Of a stretch of 64,000 nucleotides of DNA, positions 1-10,804 are shown piece after piece. A program made the translations under genes and the position numbers. Below the pieces are notes generated by a model that saw only the letters and a program-made list of their open reading frames with translations, was not told where the DNA came from and made no database searches. Origin of the DNA: a virus; IMG/VR virus record IMGVR_UViG_3300045988_110023, positions 26,739 to 90,738 of that record. The stretch is one strand, 5' to 3'. The first letter of the stretch is position 1, and each line of letters starts with the position of its first letter.

Positions 1-3000
1 ATATGACAGCGTAAAGTTCAATGCATTGCAGGATGAGCTTGCCAGGGCAGAGTTCCTCGATGTGGTATTGAACGATAACGAGCTTCACTACACTTCCCTG
101 CCGAAATTCCCATTCTATGTACAGACTTTGGATGATTTGCTAGACAGAATCCAGGCATGCTTAAACGAGCAGATTGGTGCAGGTCTTTGGAAGATTTACT
201 CCAGAAACAAGGACCGTTCCGTGCAGCGTGGAGCCCTTGAAAGTGAGTGGTTGTCGGTTTATGGTGAGAAAACCGAAGATAACGTCATCGAATCGATGTC
301 CATTACAGTGGATTCGCAGACCTGTTGGCAGGCCCTTGCGCTTGTGAACGAGAAGTGGGACATAAACTTCATCGTCAGAGGAAGAAACATATATGTCGGT
401 ACTACCGGAATACAGGCAAACCATATCTTCAAGTATGGCCTCGGTAATGGATTATATGAGATTGTTCAGAACGCTGATTCCGACCAGAGTGTCGTTACGA
501 GATTGAGAGCTTATGGTTCCGAGAAGAATCTTCCTTCTCACTACTATGCGGACCTAGGTGTCAAGTACGTGGCGAACATCACGAAAGTCGTCGGGGCCAG
601 CACGAATGTTACACTTGAACTGGACCTCGATTATATAGAGACATATTTCAAGAATCCGAGAAAGTATATTGTTTCTGGAGAAACTGGCGAACAGTCTTTC
701 GGTTGGGTACTTAAGGTTACATTTGATTTCAAGACTGAGATTACCGGTTATGTAACACAGACATACGACTCTAAAAAATGTAGATTCTATTCTGAGCTGA
801 AGGGAACACAGACTGACACCGGAGATGAGGAATCAAAGGAGAAGCTTGATGCGTTTATTGCGCAGGTCAAGGCCGGAAATACAAAGATGTATATCACGTC
901 CGGTCTCAACAAGAAGGCTGTTCCTTCATCTATGAAGGAGTATGCAAAGAATCTTCCGAACAACATGTCCATCAATAGACTTATGTTGCCTGGATTCCCT
1001 CATGTATCGCTGAGCGATTTCTATAACTCACTCACGAATGAAGAGAAGAAGTACGTGAATCCTACCGGGAGACAGCATAAATTCTCCACAGATCCGCACA
1101 GGCCATACATCGATTCTATCAACATCAAGCAGATTGGCCTTCGTTCTGCATCGCAGTTCTTTGAAACAGATGATAAGACAAATGGAGTTATTGAAATCTA
1201 CCCTACTATCGAGGAGATGGAAATCGGTGGCGTACGTGTTGATGAGATTGATGAGGGTGTGGCTCCTGATGATGACGGAAGATTTGGCGATAATGAAACC
1301 GTAAAGAATGTTGATATCTATCTTAAAAAGGCTATCGACTTTGATATCAACGACTTAAAGGATGACGACTTCTCCATCTCGATGAAGGATGGTATGTGTG
1401 GCGGACGAACATTCAAGGTAGCATCCTCAACCAAGATTGATGGAAGATGGAGGCTTACTATTGAAAGAGTAAAGGACGACGCTCTTGAGCTGTGGTTTCC
1501 ATACAAGGACTACCCTATCAAGAAAGGCGACCATTTCGTTCTTACCGGCATCACACTTCCTGATTCGTATGTCAATGCTGCGTCTCTGAAGCTCCTTAAA
1601 TACGCCATAGCATTCATTGACAAGAACGACTACACAAGGTACGTCTATCAGCCTAAGGTTGATGAGATTTTCATGGCAAGACAGCATGATCTTGCTGAAA
1701 AGGATACTACAGGAGTTATCAAGAGTCTTCATGATACGCTCAAAGCCGGAGACTTGATGGAGTTTGAGGATACTGACCTCAGAATTGGCGGTGTAATATC
1801 CATAGATCAGCTCACAATCAAGGAAGAAGATGGTAAGATTCCTACCTACGATATAACTCTTCGCGAGGATAAGGAGGTTGGAACTATCCAGAAGATCCAA
1901 CAGCAGATATCGTCGCTCCAAAGTGGAAATGGCGGAACAGGTGCAGGCTTGACAACTACACAAGTCAAGGGCCAGATTGCAACAGAGGGAAGTAAGCACT
2001 TCATCTCAAAGATAAACGATGACATAGCCAACGGCACCATCACTTGGGAAAAGGTGCAGAAGTTCTTGCAGGGATTGCTTGTCGGTGGAGGCTCGTGGAC
2101 TCCAGACGCAGAAGGTCGTTCGCACCTCATCACAGATTACTTGGAGGTAAGAATGAAGGCTATCTTCGAGGAGCTGGTTATCAATAAAACATCCACCATT
2201 GGCGGTAAGGAGATAATCTCTCCTGCTGGCGGCGTGGTGGTTCATAAGGTAGAAGAGGTTACTGTGACATATAATAATGTGTCACAGAAGGCTTATCGTT
2301 GCTATTTCTTAGCAGAGCAGGAAGGCGATGAGGTAGATAACGACTTCGCGGTTAACGACCAAGTGCGCTCGGAATCATTCAATGTTCGCAAGGGCACTTA
2401 TCACAAGGCTGGCAATCACTTCTATTGGCGATTGGTAATCGGTCGTGATGAAGACCCTGTAGAGCTGGAAGGAAAGAAGTATCATTATATCGACCTCTCT
2501 GATACCGATTGCGCTACGGCAAGCTATGTTCCTGCTAAAGGTGATGTGCTCAACCAGTGCGGTAATAGAACCGATGTAGAACGTCAGAACTGCCTTATCT
2601 TCTCGGCGGTAGATACCTATTCGCCATCCATTAGCCTCTATCACGGCATCAACAGCTATTCCTTTGCCAATAGGGAGTACGTGGAATATGGTGTGAATAA
2701 GCAGAATAACAAGGCATTCTTCAACGTCTATGGTGATATGTATGTAGGCGATAGACCTACAAAGGAGAATGGCTATGAGGGCAGCTCTTATATCAGATAT
2801 GATAGCAGCACTAAGCAAATGTCTGTTAAGGCTAAGATTTCCGCTAAATCCACTGTGGATGGCAAGGAATTGTCTCAGTATATTAAGGAGAACTCAGCAA
2901 AGGGCTTGACCGAGGAGCAGGTAAACAATCTCATCAAGAACTCGCAGGTCATTGCCGACTTGCAGAATCAGGTGGATGGTGCTATCGAAACGTGGTTCTA

Positions 3001-6000
3001 TGATGGTGTTCCTACCTTGGAGAATGCCCCAGCCATCAGTTGGAAGACCGATAAGGATAAAGAAATCCATCTTGGCGACCTTTACTACAACAACAAGACG
3101 GGCAAGGCATACCGCTTTGCCAAGGATAGCAACACCTATAAGTGGACTCTCATTACAGATACCGACATCGCCAAAGCCCTTTCCGATGCAAGAATGGCAC
3201 AGGAGACCGCAAACGGGAAGATGAAGGTGTTCAGCGTTCAGCCTACGACACCTTATCAGGTTGGCGATATATGGGTTAATGCCACTTATCCTTCTGACGG
3301 CAGTACCTACAAGAATGAGGTATTGCGCTGTCAGACCAACAAAGCGGCTGGTTCTCAGTTCGCCATCGGTGATTGGATTAAAGCATCTAAATACACCGAT
3401 GATACCGTTGCCAACGCAGCCAAAAAGGCAGCAGAAGATGCTCAGAAGGCGGTACAGACCGCACAGACGGACATTAAGAACCTCGGAAAGACGGTCACTG
3501 ATAACAAGAAGGATTTCGATAATTATGTTACCAATGGCTACCTAGAGCCTTCCGAGATTGCGGCAATGGCGCAGGACTCGAAGCGACTTGAAGATGATTT
3601 TGCGGCTGCGCAGAAGTCATATAATGAGGTGGAGAACGCAGAGGTACTGAAGGACACCAAGGAACTCACTGACCTCACTTCCGCTTTCACTGACCTCTCT
3701 GATGCCAAGAAAGAACTCATCAAGGATCTTTCAGATATATCTAAAAGATACAATGAGACTGATACCAACGGCAAGGCTGCTATCGTCTCAGCCGTGGGAA
3801 CGAAGTTCACCAACTTTCAGTCCGCATACAGCACATTCTATGACAAACTTGGCTTGGCAAACGCCTATATCACTAGCAAGATATATGGTGACTTGAAGCA
3901 GAATATCACAGACCTCGCAGGTTACAAGTATCTCAAGGATGCGCTCGGTCAGACTACAGATATTGACGGTGGTCTTGTAATGACAACGCTCCTTGCGCTG
4001 AGAGACGGAGACGGAAACGTTCAGAGCGGTATCAACGGAGCAATAGACCCGAACAGAGGAAAGAAGAGTATCGCAACATGGTGGGGCGGTCAGATGGTGG
4101 ATAAGGACTATAATAGCGGAAATCTTACCCCTGCAACCTCCCTCATCCGCTTCGACGGCTCGGGTTATCTTGCCAATGGTGCTATCTGGTGGGACGTGAG
4201 CGGAAAGGTTCACGCAGACCCTACATCGTTTATCATCAGCGAAAAGAATCTTGGCGCATACCTCACCTTCTTTGAACCAACTTGGAAGGAAGGAAGTGCA
4301 GGAACGAGCGTTGCCGACCTTGTATCACTGAAGCCAAACGCACCATTCTCTAAACTTGGCGTATCGGGCGATGCTACCTTCGAGGGCGCAATCTCCTTCC
4401 ATGGCATTAAGCTCACGTATGATTCCACAAACAAGGCTATCAAGATTGATGGTAATCTCTATGCCACAGGTGGTATCACGGCATACGGAGCAGGAGCATC
4501 TACCACGGGCGGTGGTGGCGGCTTGAACGGCAGTGTGAAGAGTTATTCAAATGCCTTGAAGCTTACATCAGAATCGCTGAGTGAGATTGCCTCTGCCTAC
4601 TCCATCAAGGCTCTTGATTCTCGTATCTCCAGCTTGGAAGGTGGTAGTGCTACTGCTATTTCTGTCAGCGGTAGCGGTAATGCGGTTACGTCTGTCACCA
4701 AGGATGGTACTACTATCAGCATAGTTAAAGGTAGTACGTTCTTAACTAGTCATCAGTCACTTGATGGTTACGTTAATGCAATATCTGTAAGTGGAAGTGG
4801 GAATGCTATCACGTCTGTATCTAAAAGTGGAAAGAGTATTACTTTTACTAAAGGTGCAACTTTCTTAACTAGTCATCAGAGTCTCGCCAACTATTATACC
4901 AAAAGTAGTGTAGATTCACTTCTTAGTGGTAAGTCGGCAACTAGTCATACACATAGTGTAAAGATTAACGGTGTTACTAAAACTATTGCAGCTACTGGTG
5001 GTGCTGCTGTAGATTTAGGAACTTATCTTACTAGTCATCAATCTCTTAATGGGTATGCTACGCAATCTTGGGTTAAAAGTCAAGGTTATCTTACTAGTCA
5101 TCAAGATGTTAGTGTTCTTACTATGGCTAATGATAGATATTATAGTTCTGGTCAATGGGGTATAAATATGAGAAATTCCGATATTATTGGAGTTAATAGC
5201 ATTTATACTAATGATGTATCTGAGACCCCTACTGAAGCTATTCTATTTTTTAGAAGTAACGGTAACTATGATGGTATTCGTGCAGTAAATGGAGTATTAT
5301 ATTTTAGCAATAATGTAGTTAGAACTACTAGTAAATATGATGCTGAATATGAAGTTTATCATAAAGGTAATCTTACTAAACTTAGTCAACTTACTAATGA
5401 CAAGAACTTTGTTACTGGTTCTGTAAGTGGTCAAACTATTACTATCAATGGTGTTTCTACTACTTGGCAAAATACTTGGAGAGGAATTACTGATAGTTAT
5501 AGTGGAACTTCTACTGGTACTAGTCTTAGTCAAAAAGGTGCAAATAGTTTATATAATGCTTTGCATAATGGTTATGCTAGTAGTGCAGGAAATGCAGACA
5601 CTGTAGATGGTTATCATGAAAGTTCATTTCTTAGATATAGAGGTGAGTATGGAGATGCATCTGTAACTAAGGATGGAGTTGGAGTTTATGGTTGGGCTCA
5701 TACTAATGAGGGACATAATAATTTTCATGAAAGCTATGGTGATATAATTAATATACAAGGTTATTCTACTTGGAGAACTAGATTTGATATAGGAACTAGT
5801 GGAAGAATTAGAATAATGCATGGTATAAATACTACTACTGCAACTCAGGTTGGTTATCTTGCTTATTTACATGATAATGTAGCTTCTGCAACTAAACTCA
5901 GAACTCCTAGAACTATTTGGGGTCAAAGTTTTGATGGAACTGGGAATGTTGATGGAACATTAACTATAACTAATAGTGGTTCAGATGACCCTCATATTAT

Positions 6001-7048
6001 ATCTACAGTAAGTAAATGGTTTCATATTGTATCTAAATATAAACTTGTTTTATATGCTGGAGAATATAATAGTAGTCAAAAAGATGCTATAAATATATTA
6101 TCAAATCATAATGTAGGTATTGGAGTAGACCCTTCTTATAAACTACATGTTAAAGGTGATATATATTCATCTGCTACTATTAGAACTGCTGCTCAAAATC
6201 AAGCTATAATGTTAACTAACGATGCCAGTCCTGCTTGGATTAGTGCTCTTGAAGGTCAAGTAATATTCAATACTGGTAAGGCTATTCGTTTTGGTGAAAC
6301 TGCTTGGGATTGGAATCAATGGGCTGGTCTTAAATATACTCATTCTAATAAAACTATTTATCTTGGTATAGCTGATAATTCTGTGTTTAATGCTAATAGT
6401 GCACAAAGTAATGGTACACTGAAATTTCCAGGTATTACAACTATAACTCCTGATAGTGGAGCTAGAATTGGAGGTAGTGGTGGTGATTTATATTTAGGTA
6501 ATGCTAATAATAGTAATTGGGTGAAAGTTCAAGATATATGTAGTCATAATGGTTCTAATTATTGGTATATATATCAAAGCGGTAATGCTCATTTTAGTAA
6601 CATTAATGTTGTTGGTACTGCTACTATCGGTGGTGATTGTCTTGTTAAAGGTGGAGTTACAGCTTATCAATCTTCTGACATCCGCTTGAAGCAGGATTTG
6701 CGGAAGCTGGACTACTTGGGTATCATCAAGGCAATGGGTGGCACATTCGGCTTTGCTTGGAAGAAGGACAATACAAGGTCTATCGGTTGGATTGCCCAAC
6801 ACGTCTTGTGCAACCCTCACTTAAAGGACATCGTGGAGACGGACAAGAAGGGCTACTACAAGATTAACTACTGGTCTCCGAAGCTGATTGCAACGGCATT
6901 CGGTGCTATCGAGCAGGTGGGCGATGAGGTGAGCAGGTTGAAGACTCGGGTGGTCTTCCTCGAATCAGAGGTTCAGCGATTGAGTGGAGATAAGGAAGAC
7001 TGCAACAAGAAGAGATTAGATAACAAGAATATTAATTCATTAAATTAG
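1..7048 (+). CDS. Giant tail fibre / tail spike protein with a C-terminal intramolecular-chaperone (peptidase S74-like) domain. The 5' end is probably outside the window.
   Basis: 2340-aa ORF. The frame stays open back to nt 2 and the listed start at 26 is TTG, so the gene likely starts upstream. It has coiled-coil segments and repeated ISVSGSGNA..TFLTSHQSL units. The C-terminus SSDIRLKQDL...GWIAQHV...INYWSPKLIATAFGAIEQ...LESEVQRL matches the tail-fibre/endosialidase chaperone domain pattern. Confidence 0.85.
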   Translation, partial: YDSVKFNALQDELARAEFLDVVLNDNELHYTSLPKFPFYVQTLDDLLDRIQACLNEQIGAGLWKIYSRNKDRSVQRGALESEWLSVYGEKTEDNVIESMSITVDSQTCWQALALVNEKWDINFIVRGRNIYVGTTGIQANHIFKYGLGNGLYEIVQNADSDQSVVTRLRAYGSEKNLPSHYYADLGVKYVANITKVVGASTNVTLELDLDYIETYFKNPRKYIVSGETGEQSFGWVLKVTFDFKTEITGYVTQTYDSKKCRFYSELKGTQTDTGDEESKEKLDAFIAQVKAGNTKMYITSGLNKKAVPSSMKEYAKNLPNNMSINRLMLPGFPHVSLSDFYNSLTNEEKKYVNPTGRQHKFSTDPHRPYIDSINIKQIGLRSASQFFETDDKTNGVIEIYPTIEEMEIGGVRVDEIDEGVAPDDDGRFGDNETVKNVDIYLKKAIDFDINDLKDDDFSISMKDGMCGGRTFKVASSTKIDGRWRLTIERVKDDALELWFPYKDYPIKKGDHFVLTGITLPDSYVNAASLKLLKYAIAFIDKNDYTRYVYQPKVDEIFMARQHDLAEKDTTGVIKSLHDTLKAGDLMEFEDTDLRIGGVISIDQLTIKEEDGKIPTYDITLREDKEVGTIQKIQQQISSLQSGNGGTGAGLTTTQVKGQIATEGSKHFISKINDDIANGTITWEKVQKFLQGLLVGGGSWTPDAEGRSHLITDYLEVRMKAIFEELVINKTSTIGGKEIISPAGGVVVHKVEEVTVTYNNVSQKAYRCYFLAEQEGDEVDNDFAVNDQVRSESFNVRKGTYHKAGNHFYWRLVIGRDEDPVELEGKKYHYIDLSDTDCATASYVPAKGDVLNQCGNRTDVERQNCLIFSAVDTYSPSISLYHGINSYSFANREYVEYGVNKQNNKAFFNVYGDMYVGDRPTKENGYEGSSYIRYDSSTKQMSVKAKISAKSTVDGKELSQYIKENSAKGLTEEQVNNLIKNSQVIADLQNQVDGAIETWFYDGVPTLENAPAISWKTDKDKEIHLGDLYYNNKTGKAYRFAKDSNTYKWTLITDTDIAKALSDARMAQETANGKMKVFSVQPTTPYQVGDIWVNATYPSDGSTYKNEVLRCQTNKAAGSQFAIGDWIKASKYTDDTVANAAKKAAEDAQKAVQTAQTDIKNLGKTVTDNKKDFDNYVTNGYLEPSEIAAMAQDSKRLEDDFAAAQKSYNEVENAEVLKDTKELTDLTSAFTDLSDAKKELIKDLSDISKRYNETDTNGKAAIVSAVGTKFTNFQSAYSTFYDKLGLANAYITSKIYGDLKQNITDLAGYKYLKDALGQTTDIDGGLVMTTLLALRDGDGNVQSGINGAIDPNRGKKSIATWWGGQMVDKDYNSGNLTPATSLIRFDGSGYLANGAIWWDVSGKVHADPTSFIISEKNLGAYLTFFEPTWKEGSAGTSVADLVSLKPNAPFSKLGVSGDATFEGAISFHGIKLTYDSTNKAIKIDGNLYATGGITAYGAGASTTGGGGGLNGSVKSYSNALKLTSESLSEIASAYSIKALDSRISSLEGGSATAISVSGSGNAVTSVTKDGTTISIVKGSTFLTSHQSLDGYVNAISVSGSGNAITSVSKSGKSITFTKGATFLTSHQSLANYYTKSSVDSLLSGKSATSHTHSVKINGVTKTIAATGGAAVDLGTYLTSHQSLNGYATQSWVKSQGYLTSHQDVSVLTMANDRYYSSGQWGINMRNSDIIGVNSIYTNDVSETPTEAILFFRSNGNYDGIRAVNGVLYFSNNVVRTTSKYDAEYEVYHKGNLTKLSQLTNDKNFVTGSVSGQTITINGVSTTWQNTWRGITDSYSGTSTGTSLSQKGANSLYNALHNGYASSAGNADTVDGYHESSFLRYRGEYGDASVTKDGVGVYGWAHTNEGHNNFHESYGDIINIQGYSTWRTRFDIGTSGRIRIMHGINTTTATQVGYLAYLHDNVASATKLRTPRTIWGQSFDGTGNVDGTLTITNSGSDDPHIISTVSKWFHIVSKYKLVLYAGEYNSSQKDAINILSNHNVGIGVDPSYKLHVKGDIYSSATIRTAAQNQAIMLTNDASPAWISALEGQVIFNTGKAIRFGETAWDWNQWAGLKYTHSNKTIYLGIADNSVFNANSAQSNGTLKFPGITTITPDSGARIGGSGGDLYLGNANNSNWVKVQDICSHNGSNYWYIYQSGNAHFSNINVVGTATIGGDCLVKGGVTAYQSSDIRLKQDLRKLDYLGIIKAMGGTFGFAWKKDNTRSIGWIAQHVLCNPHLKDIVETDKKGYYKINYWSPKLIATAFGAIEQVGDEVSRLKTRVVFLESEVQRLSGDKEDCNKKRLDNKNINSLN

Positions 7049-7056
7049 ATTAGAAA

Positions 7057-7362
7057 ATGGAGAATTTAAAGATTAACAAGAAAAGTGAACAGACAGCTGC
7101 CACTTATACCAAGGGCGGCTATCGAGTAGAAATCACCTACAATGTTGACAAGACGGGTGGCAACATTGAGAGCATCAATATGAGTATCTATGGTGACGCA
7201 AATGGTAATTATCTCGGCAATGCCAACGCTAGCTCCAACGGCAGCGAACTGACCTACAACATCAGCGGTGTTCCGCAGAGCAAGCTCAGTGAGGTATCAG
7301 CATTGATTAAGGAGGTTAATTCCGCTATCGCCGCTAATATGGCAAGCGAGGCAGCAGAGTAA
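7057..7362 (+). CDS. Hypothetical protein downstream of the tail fibre
   Basis: 101-aa ORF 9 nt after the fibre stop, same strand, with composition typical of the flanking genes. Confidence 0.6.
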   Translation: MENLKINKKSEQTAATYTKGGYRVEITYNVDKTGGNIESINMSIYGDANGNYLGNANASSNGSELTYNISGVPQSKLSEVSALIKEVNSAIAANMASEAAE

Positions 7363-7499
7363 GTATCGTGAGTATTAACGCAGGGTGGCTCTTATAGAGC
7401 TGCCTTGCCTAGTGTTCAATGTAACAGTAGAGCGAGTTGTTACCAAAGAAGTTGTAACAGAATAAGGAACTGAAGTTGAATATTTAAAAAATAAAGATT

Positions 7500-8786
7500 A
7501 TGTCTTACAATAGTGAAACTGGAATTATTAGTGCTCCTGTTAGCATTGGTGATGTTAAACAAGCTCTTGGAGAGAGTAGCAATGACCTTGCTACTCTTTG
7601 TAAGAGTGAAAATATAAATATATGGAGTAAGTATAAACCTATTAGTTGTAAAGGTGACTTTAAAGAATATCCTATTAGAGAAGACTCTGAGGAAATAGTA
7701 ACATCTTCATATAGTAACTTCACTTGTGTTGTTCGTTGTGGTATGAATATACCTATGGATACTTATTATAACTTACGTTATAATTATGGAGGAGAAGGTT
7801 TTGCTATTAAAGCATGTAAAAATCTTTATATTGATAATGTATATGGTCAGACTGGCGGTATTCATGATAACAAAACTACAATGGTATCAGGAAAACATTT
7901 TCCAAAAGGTGGTGCTAATTCTCCTTATAGATTAAGTGATTTTAGAAACTATAGTAGTAAAGCAACAAGGAATCCATTTATGACTTCTATTCCTCAATTT
8001 CATACCGTTGAAGTTTATTATTCTTCAATTCCTAAATTTAATTGTGTATTATATATGAATACACATGTGGATAATAACACAAATCTTACTATGGATGATA
8101 TAATAACTGATTTATCTTTAGCTTGGTCTTTTTGGATTCAAATTTGTTATAATTCACCATATAATACTACTGATAAGATTTATAAAAATTATTATGTTGG
8201 CAATTGCAAAAAACCAACAGATTATATATATGCTGATAGAGAAATAACTTTTGATATAGGTAGTGGAGATAAATATATTGATATTGTGCCTTTTTTAGCA
8301 TATACTCGTAATGCAACTTTATATGATGATACAAAAATAATTTTCATATCTCTTCCAGGTGGTATTAGTTTTAAATATTATCCTAGACAAATTAATATGG
8401 AAAGTATTAAAAGTGGTTCTAGTGGTTTTGTTGATTTCTCATCGTTGAGAGAATTAGTTGGTGCTAGTTGTATTTGTAAAGCTAGAATATATAAACTTCC
8501 TGATGCTACAATTACAATTACTGATGGTATATTTAGAAGTGTTTGTGGTTATGGTAACAATAAGACAACATACGGAAGAGGTTATGTATCTAATAGCTCT
8601 GGTCAAAGTACAGGTTCTGTAACTATTCCTGAAGGTGATAGAACAGATTATGTTGATATATATATAAGATTTGATAATGTTTATGAAGGAGGTTATTATG
8701 GACAAATGTGTCAATTATCTTTTGAAATTAATATAGATGGTGGATGGAAACAAGTTCCTCCAGGAGGTAGTTATATTATGCGTTAA
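7500..8786 (+). CDS. Hypothetical protein, strongly AT-rich. Candidate tail-associated or receptor-binding accessory protein.
   Basis: 428-aa ORF with ATG preceded by an A-rich leader. Its composition and codon usage match the AT-rich distal part of the tail fibre gene (about 4735-6660). No family recognised. Confidence 0.65.
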   Translation: MSYNSETGIISAPVSIGDVKQALGESSNDLATLCKSENINIWSKYKPISCKGDFKEYPIREDSEEIVTSSYSNFTCVVRCGMNIPMDTYYNLRYNYGGEGFAIKACKNLYIDNVYGQTGGIHDNKTTMVSGKHFPKGGANSPYRLSDFRNYSSKATRNPFMTSIPQFHTVEVYYSSIPKFNCVLYMNTHVDNNTNLTMDDIITDLSLAWSFWIQICYNSPYNTTDKIYKNYYVGNCKKPTDYIYADREITFDIGSGDKYIDIVPFLAYTRNATLYDDTKIIFISLPGGISFKYYPRQINMESIKSGSSGFVDFSSLRELVGASCICKARIYKLPDATITITDGIFRSVCGYGNNKTTYGRGYVSNSSGQSTGSVTIPEGDRTDYVDIYIRFDNVYEGGYYGQMCQLSFEINIDGGWKQVPPGGSYIMR

Positions 8787-9036
8787 AACGTAGATGTTCT
8801 TAATATAACAAAATACTAGAAATGTATTTGTGGTTTACGTTCTCACCGAGAAAGCAGACACGTTGCGACCTAGTGATTACCCAACGTGGGAAAGTTAATT
8901 TTAAATTCGTAAATTTTGCTCCTCCTGCATTGCTATTCGGAATTATTTTCTTAACTTTGCACTGTTAATAGGAAAGGTATTCTGCTATGGCAATCTGGCG
9001 AAGAATATTGTATAACATAAAAATAAAGAAACAATT

Positions 9037-9501
9037 ATGAAAAAGATTAAGACAATCGAGGCTGTTACAGCCTACAGAACATTGAAGGCATTGAAGACAT
9101 CATCAATGAGCGATGATGCCGCTATGCGAGTTTGGAAGAATATGAAGGCACTGCGCCAAGTAGCCGATACCTACGACAAGGATGTGGAGGAAGCGCAGCA
9201 GAGCTTGAAGGACGATAAGTTCGAGGAGATGCAGCGCAAGCTTCAGGAGTGCCAGCAGCTAGAGCAGAAGCACGCCAATGAGGGCTACGAATACACCAAG
9301 GACGATTCAGCCAAGTTCGCTGAGGTCAATGAGTACTTCTTCAATCAGAAGCAGAAGACAGAGAAGTACTTCTCAGACCTTGCCAATGCCGAGGTAGAGG
9401 TAGCCATCGAGGACGTTGACGAGAAGGAGCTGTTCAAGGCAGCGAAAGATTGCGGCTTGAAGTTCGCTGATATGGAGAGCCTTGAGGTTGTGATAGGATA
9501 A
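9037..9501 (+). CDS. Hypothetical protein (helical, charged)
   Basis: 154-aa ORF with an A-rich leader. A TAACTTTG box lies upstream at 8952-8959. Confidence 0.7.
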   Translation: MKKIKTIEAVTAYRTLKALKTSSMSDDAAMRVWKNMKALRQVADTYDKDVEEAQQSLKDDKFEEMQRKLQECQQLEQKHANEGYEYTKDDSAKFAEVNEYFFNQKQKTEKYFSDLANAEVEVAIEDVDEKELFKAAKDCGLKFADMESLEVVIG

Positions 9502-9672
9502 ACACTAATAGCGTTAGAATTTGGTAAGGAAGCCGTTCTAACGCTATTTTTGCAGCCATCTACTTTCAGATTGTTACTTTTTATAAAGTTTAACACAAAA
9601 ATATTCTCATTTTCGCTGGTTTTGTGCAAAAGAGTGTAACTTTGCAACATCATTTAATTAAAATCAACGCTT

Positions 9673-10179
9673 ATGAATAAAGAAGACGAAGACAACCTGT
9701 TAAAGTGGTTGAAAGACAAAGATGTCAGTGAGGTTATAGACTTACTGATGCGACACGGTAATCGGTATAGCAGAAGGATTCTGAAATTTTTCAGATGGTT
9801 TTGTAAGTACGTTCCTATTACACTTATGTGCTTTCACGCATACGGCATTTATGAATTCTCTCAGCATCCTCGTGAAATGTTCATCCCTTATGCGGAGAAT
9901 GCAACTTGCTATCTCTACATATATTTTATGGTGTACGTCCTGCCAATGGTTTTGATATTAGCAAGCCGATTTTTCTTCTTGTGTTGGAGATACCGCATTC
10001 CCTTCTTCTACTTTGCAAGCATCAATGCGGCTCACATTGTGGAATGGAGCTGGTATACCACCAAAGATATGGTAGATTCTTGTTTTACAGTCATGGTAGT
10101 AACGGCAATATTCTATCTGTACTCTTTTACTGATTTGTTTATCAGCAGGTCAAAGTTAGGACGTAAAATCTGTGCATAA
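9673..10179 (+). CDS. Integral membrane protein, unknown function
   Basis: 168-aa ORF with several hydrophobic segments (YVPITLMCFHAYGIY, YLYIYFMVYVLPMVLILASRFFFL, VMVVTAIFYLYSF). A TAACTTTG box lies at 9637-9644. Confidence 0.7.
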   Translation: MNKEDEDNLLKWLKDKDVSEVIDLLMRHGNRYSRRILKFFRWFCKYVPITLMCFHAYGIYEFSQHPREMFIPYAENATCYLYIYFMVYVLPMVLILASRFFFLCWRYRIPFFYFASINAAHIVEWSWYTTKDMVDSCFTVMVVTAIFYLYSFTDLFISRSKLGRKICA

Positions 10180-10520
10180 TGGGAAAGATATTGAATTATA
10201 AGATGCTCGGAACGGCTTTTAAGTTGCTAAGTGACGCTTGCTTTAAAGCTGACGAGCAACAGCGAAATGGTGAGGTCATCACCGCTTGCGGAATGAGCGA
10301 TGATGACCTAGATAGATTGTGCGACATCATCCCCGATATGCTTAACCCGATGCTATCTACCGAGGAAGTCAAGGAGAAACTGCATGTTTCTGATGCTACG
10401 TTGAACAGGATGGTCGCTAGGGGTGACATCCCGAACGGAAAATGCAAGAAGCGTGGGCACACCCGATATTGGAAGAAGTGGGATATACTGCACTTCATTA
10501 AGAGTAAGAGAAAATCATAA
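10179..10520 (+). CDS. Helix-turn-helix DNA-binding protein (excisionase/AlpA-like HTH)
   Basis: 113 aa. Its start overlaps the previous stop (ATAATG). The C-terminal LHVSDATLNRMVARGDIPNGK...RYWKKWDILHFI resembles the excisionase-family HTH. Confidence 0.6.
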   Translation: MGKILNYKMLGTAFKLLSDACFKADEQQRNGEVITACGMSDDDLDRLCDIIPDMLNPMLSTEEVKEKLHVSDATLNRMVARGDIPNGKCKKRGHTRYWKKWDILHFIKSKRKS

Positions 10521-10558
10521 CGGATAAGCCCTATCGCAACACGGATAAGCGAGAACGT

Positions 10559-10762
10559 ATGAGTATTATTATGGATTATATGTTTTGTACTTTGATTATA
10601 GTAGCGATACTGGTAATCATCAACAGCACGTTCATTGCTTATTTGTATCTTTCCTATGAATATAAGAAGGTCGATAAGTACTTCTTGACTTGGGTAACGA
10701 TGTCAACTATGATATTGATAATGTGGTTCGTGGAAGGATTGTATCTGTATCTAACAAATTAA
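10559..10762 (+). CDS. Small membrane protein
   Basis: 67-aa ORF with two hydrophobic helices. Confidence 0.5.
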   Translation: MSIIMDYMFCTLIIVAILVIINSTFIAYLYLSYEYKKVDKYFLTWVTMSTMILIMWFVEGLYLYLTN

Positions 10763-10772
10763 TGATGAAAAA

Positions 10773-10804
10773 TTTGGTGGTTTCAGAATTATTGTCTATA
10801 TTTG
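10773..10804 (+). promoter_or_regulatory. Bacteroidota-type promoter candidate (-33 TTTG / -7 TAnnTTTG)
   Basis: TTTG at 10773-10776 and TATATTTG at 10797-10804, a 20-nt spacer as in the published Bacteroides consensus. The next ORF is more than 340 nt away. Confidence 0.5.

Noticed and set aside
161-6820. Numerous antisense and alternative-frame ORFs within the tail-fibre gene (for example 1427-1999 -, 2375-2818 -, 3788-4213 -, 6494-6820 -)
   Set aside because: All are nested in a continuous 7-kb ORF that has recognisable domains. Their compositions (Ser/Ile/Leu/Cys-rich) are typical of antisense translation.
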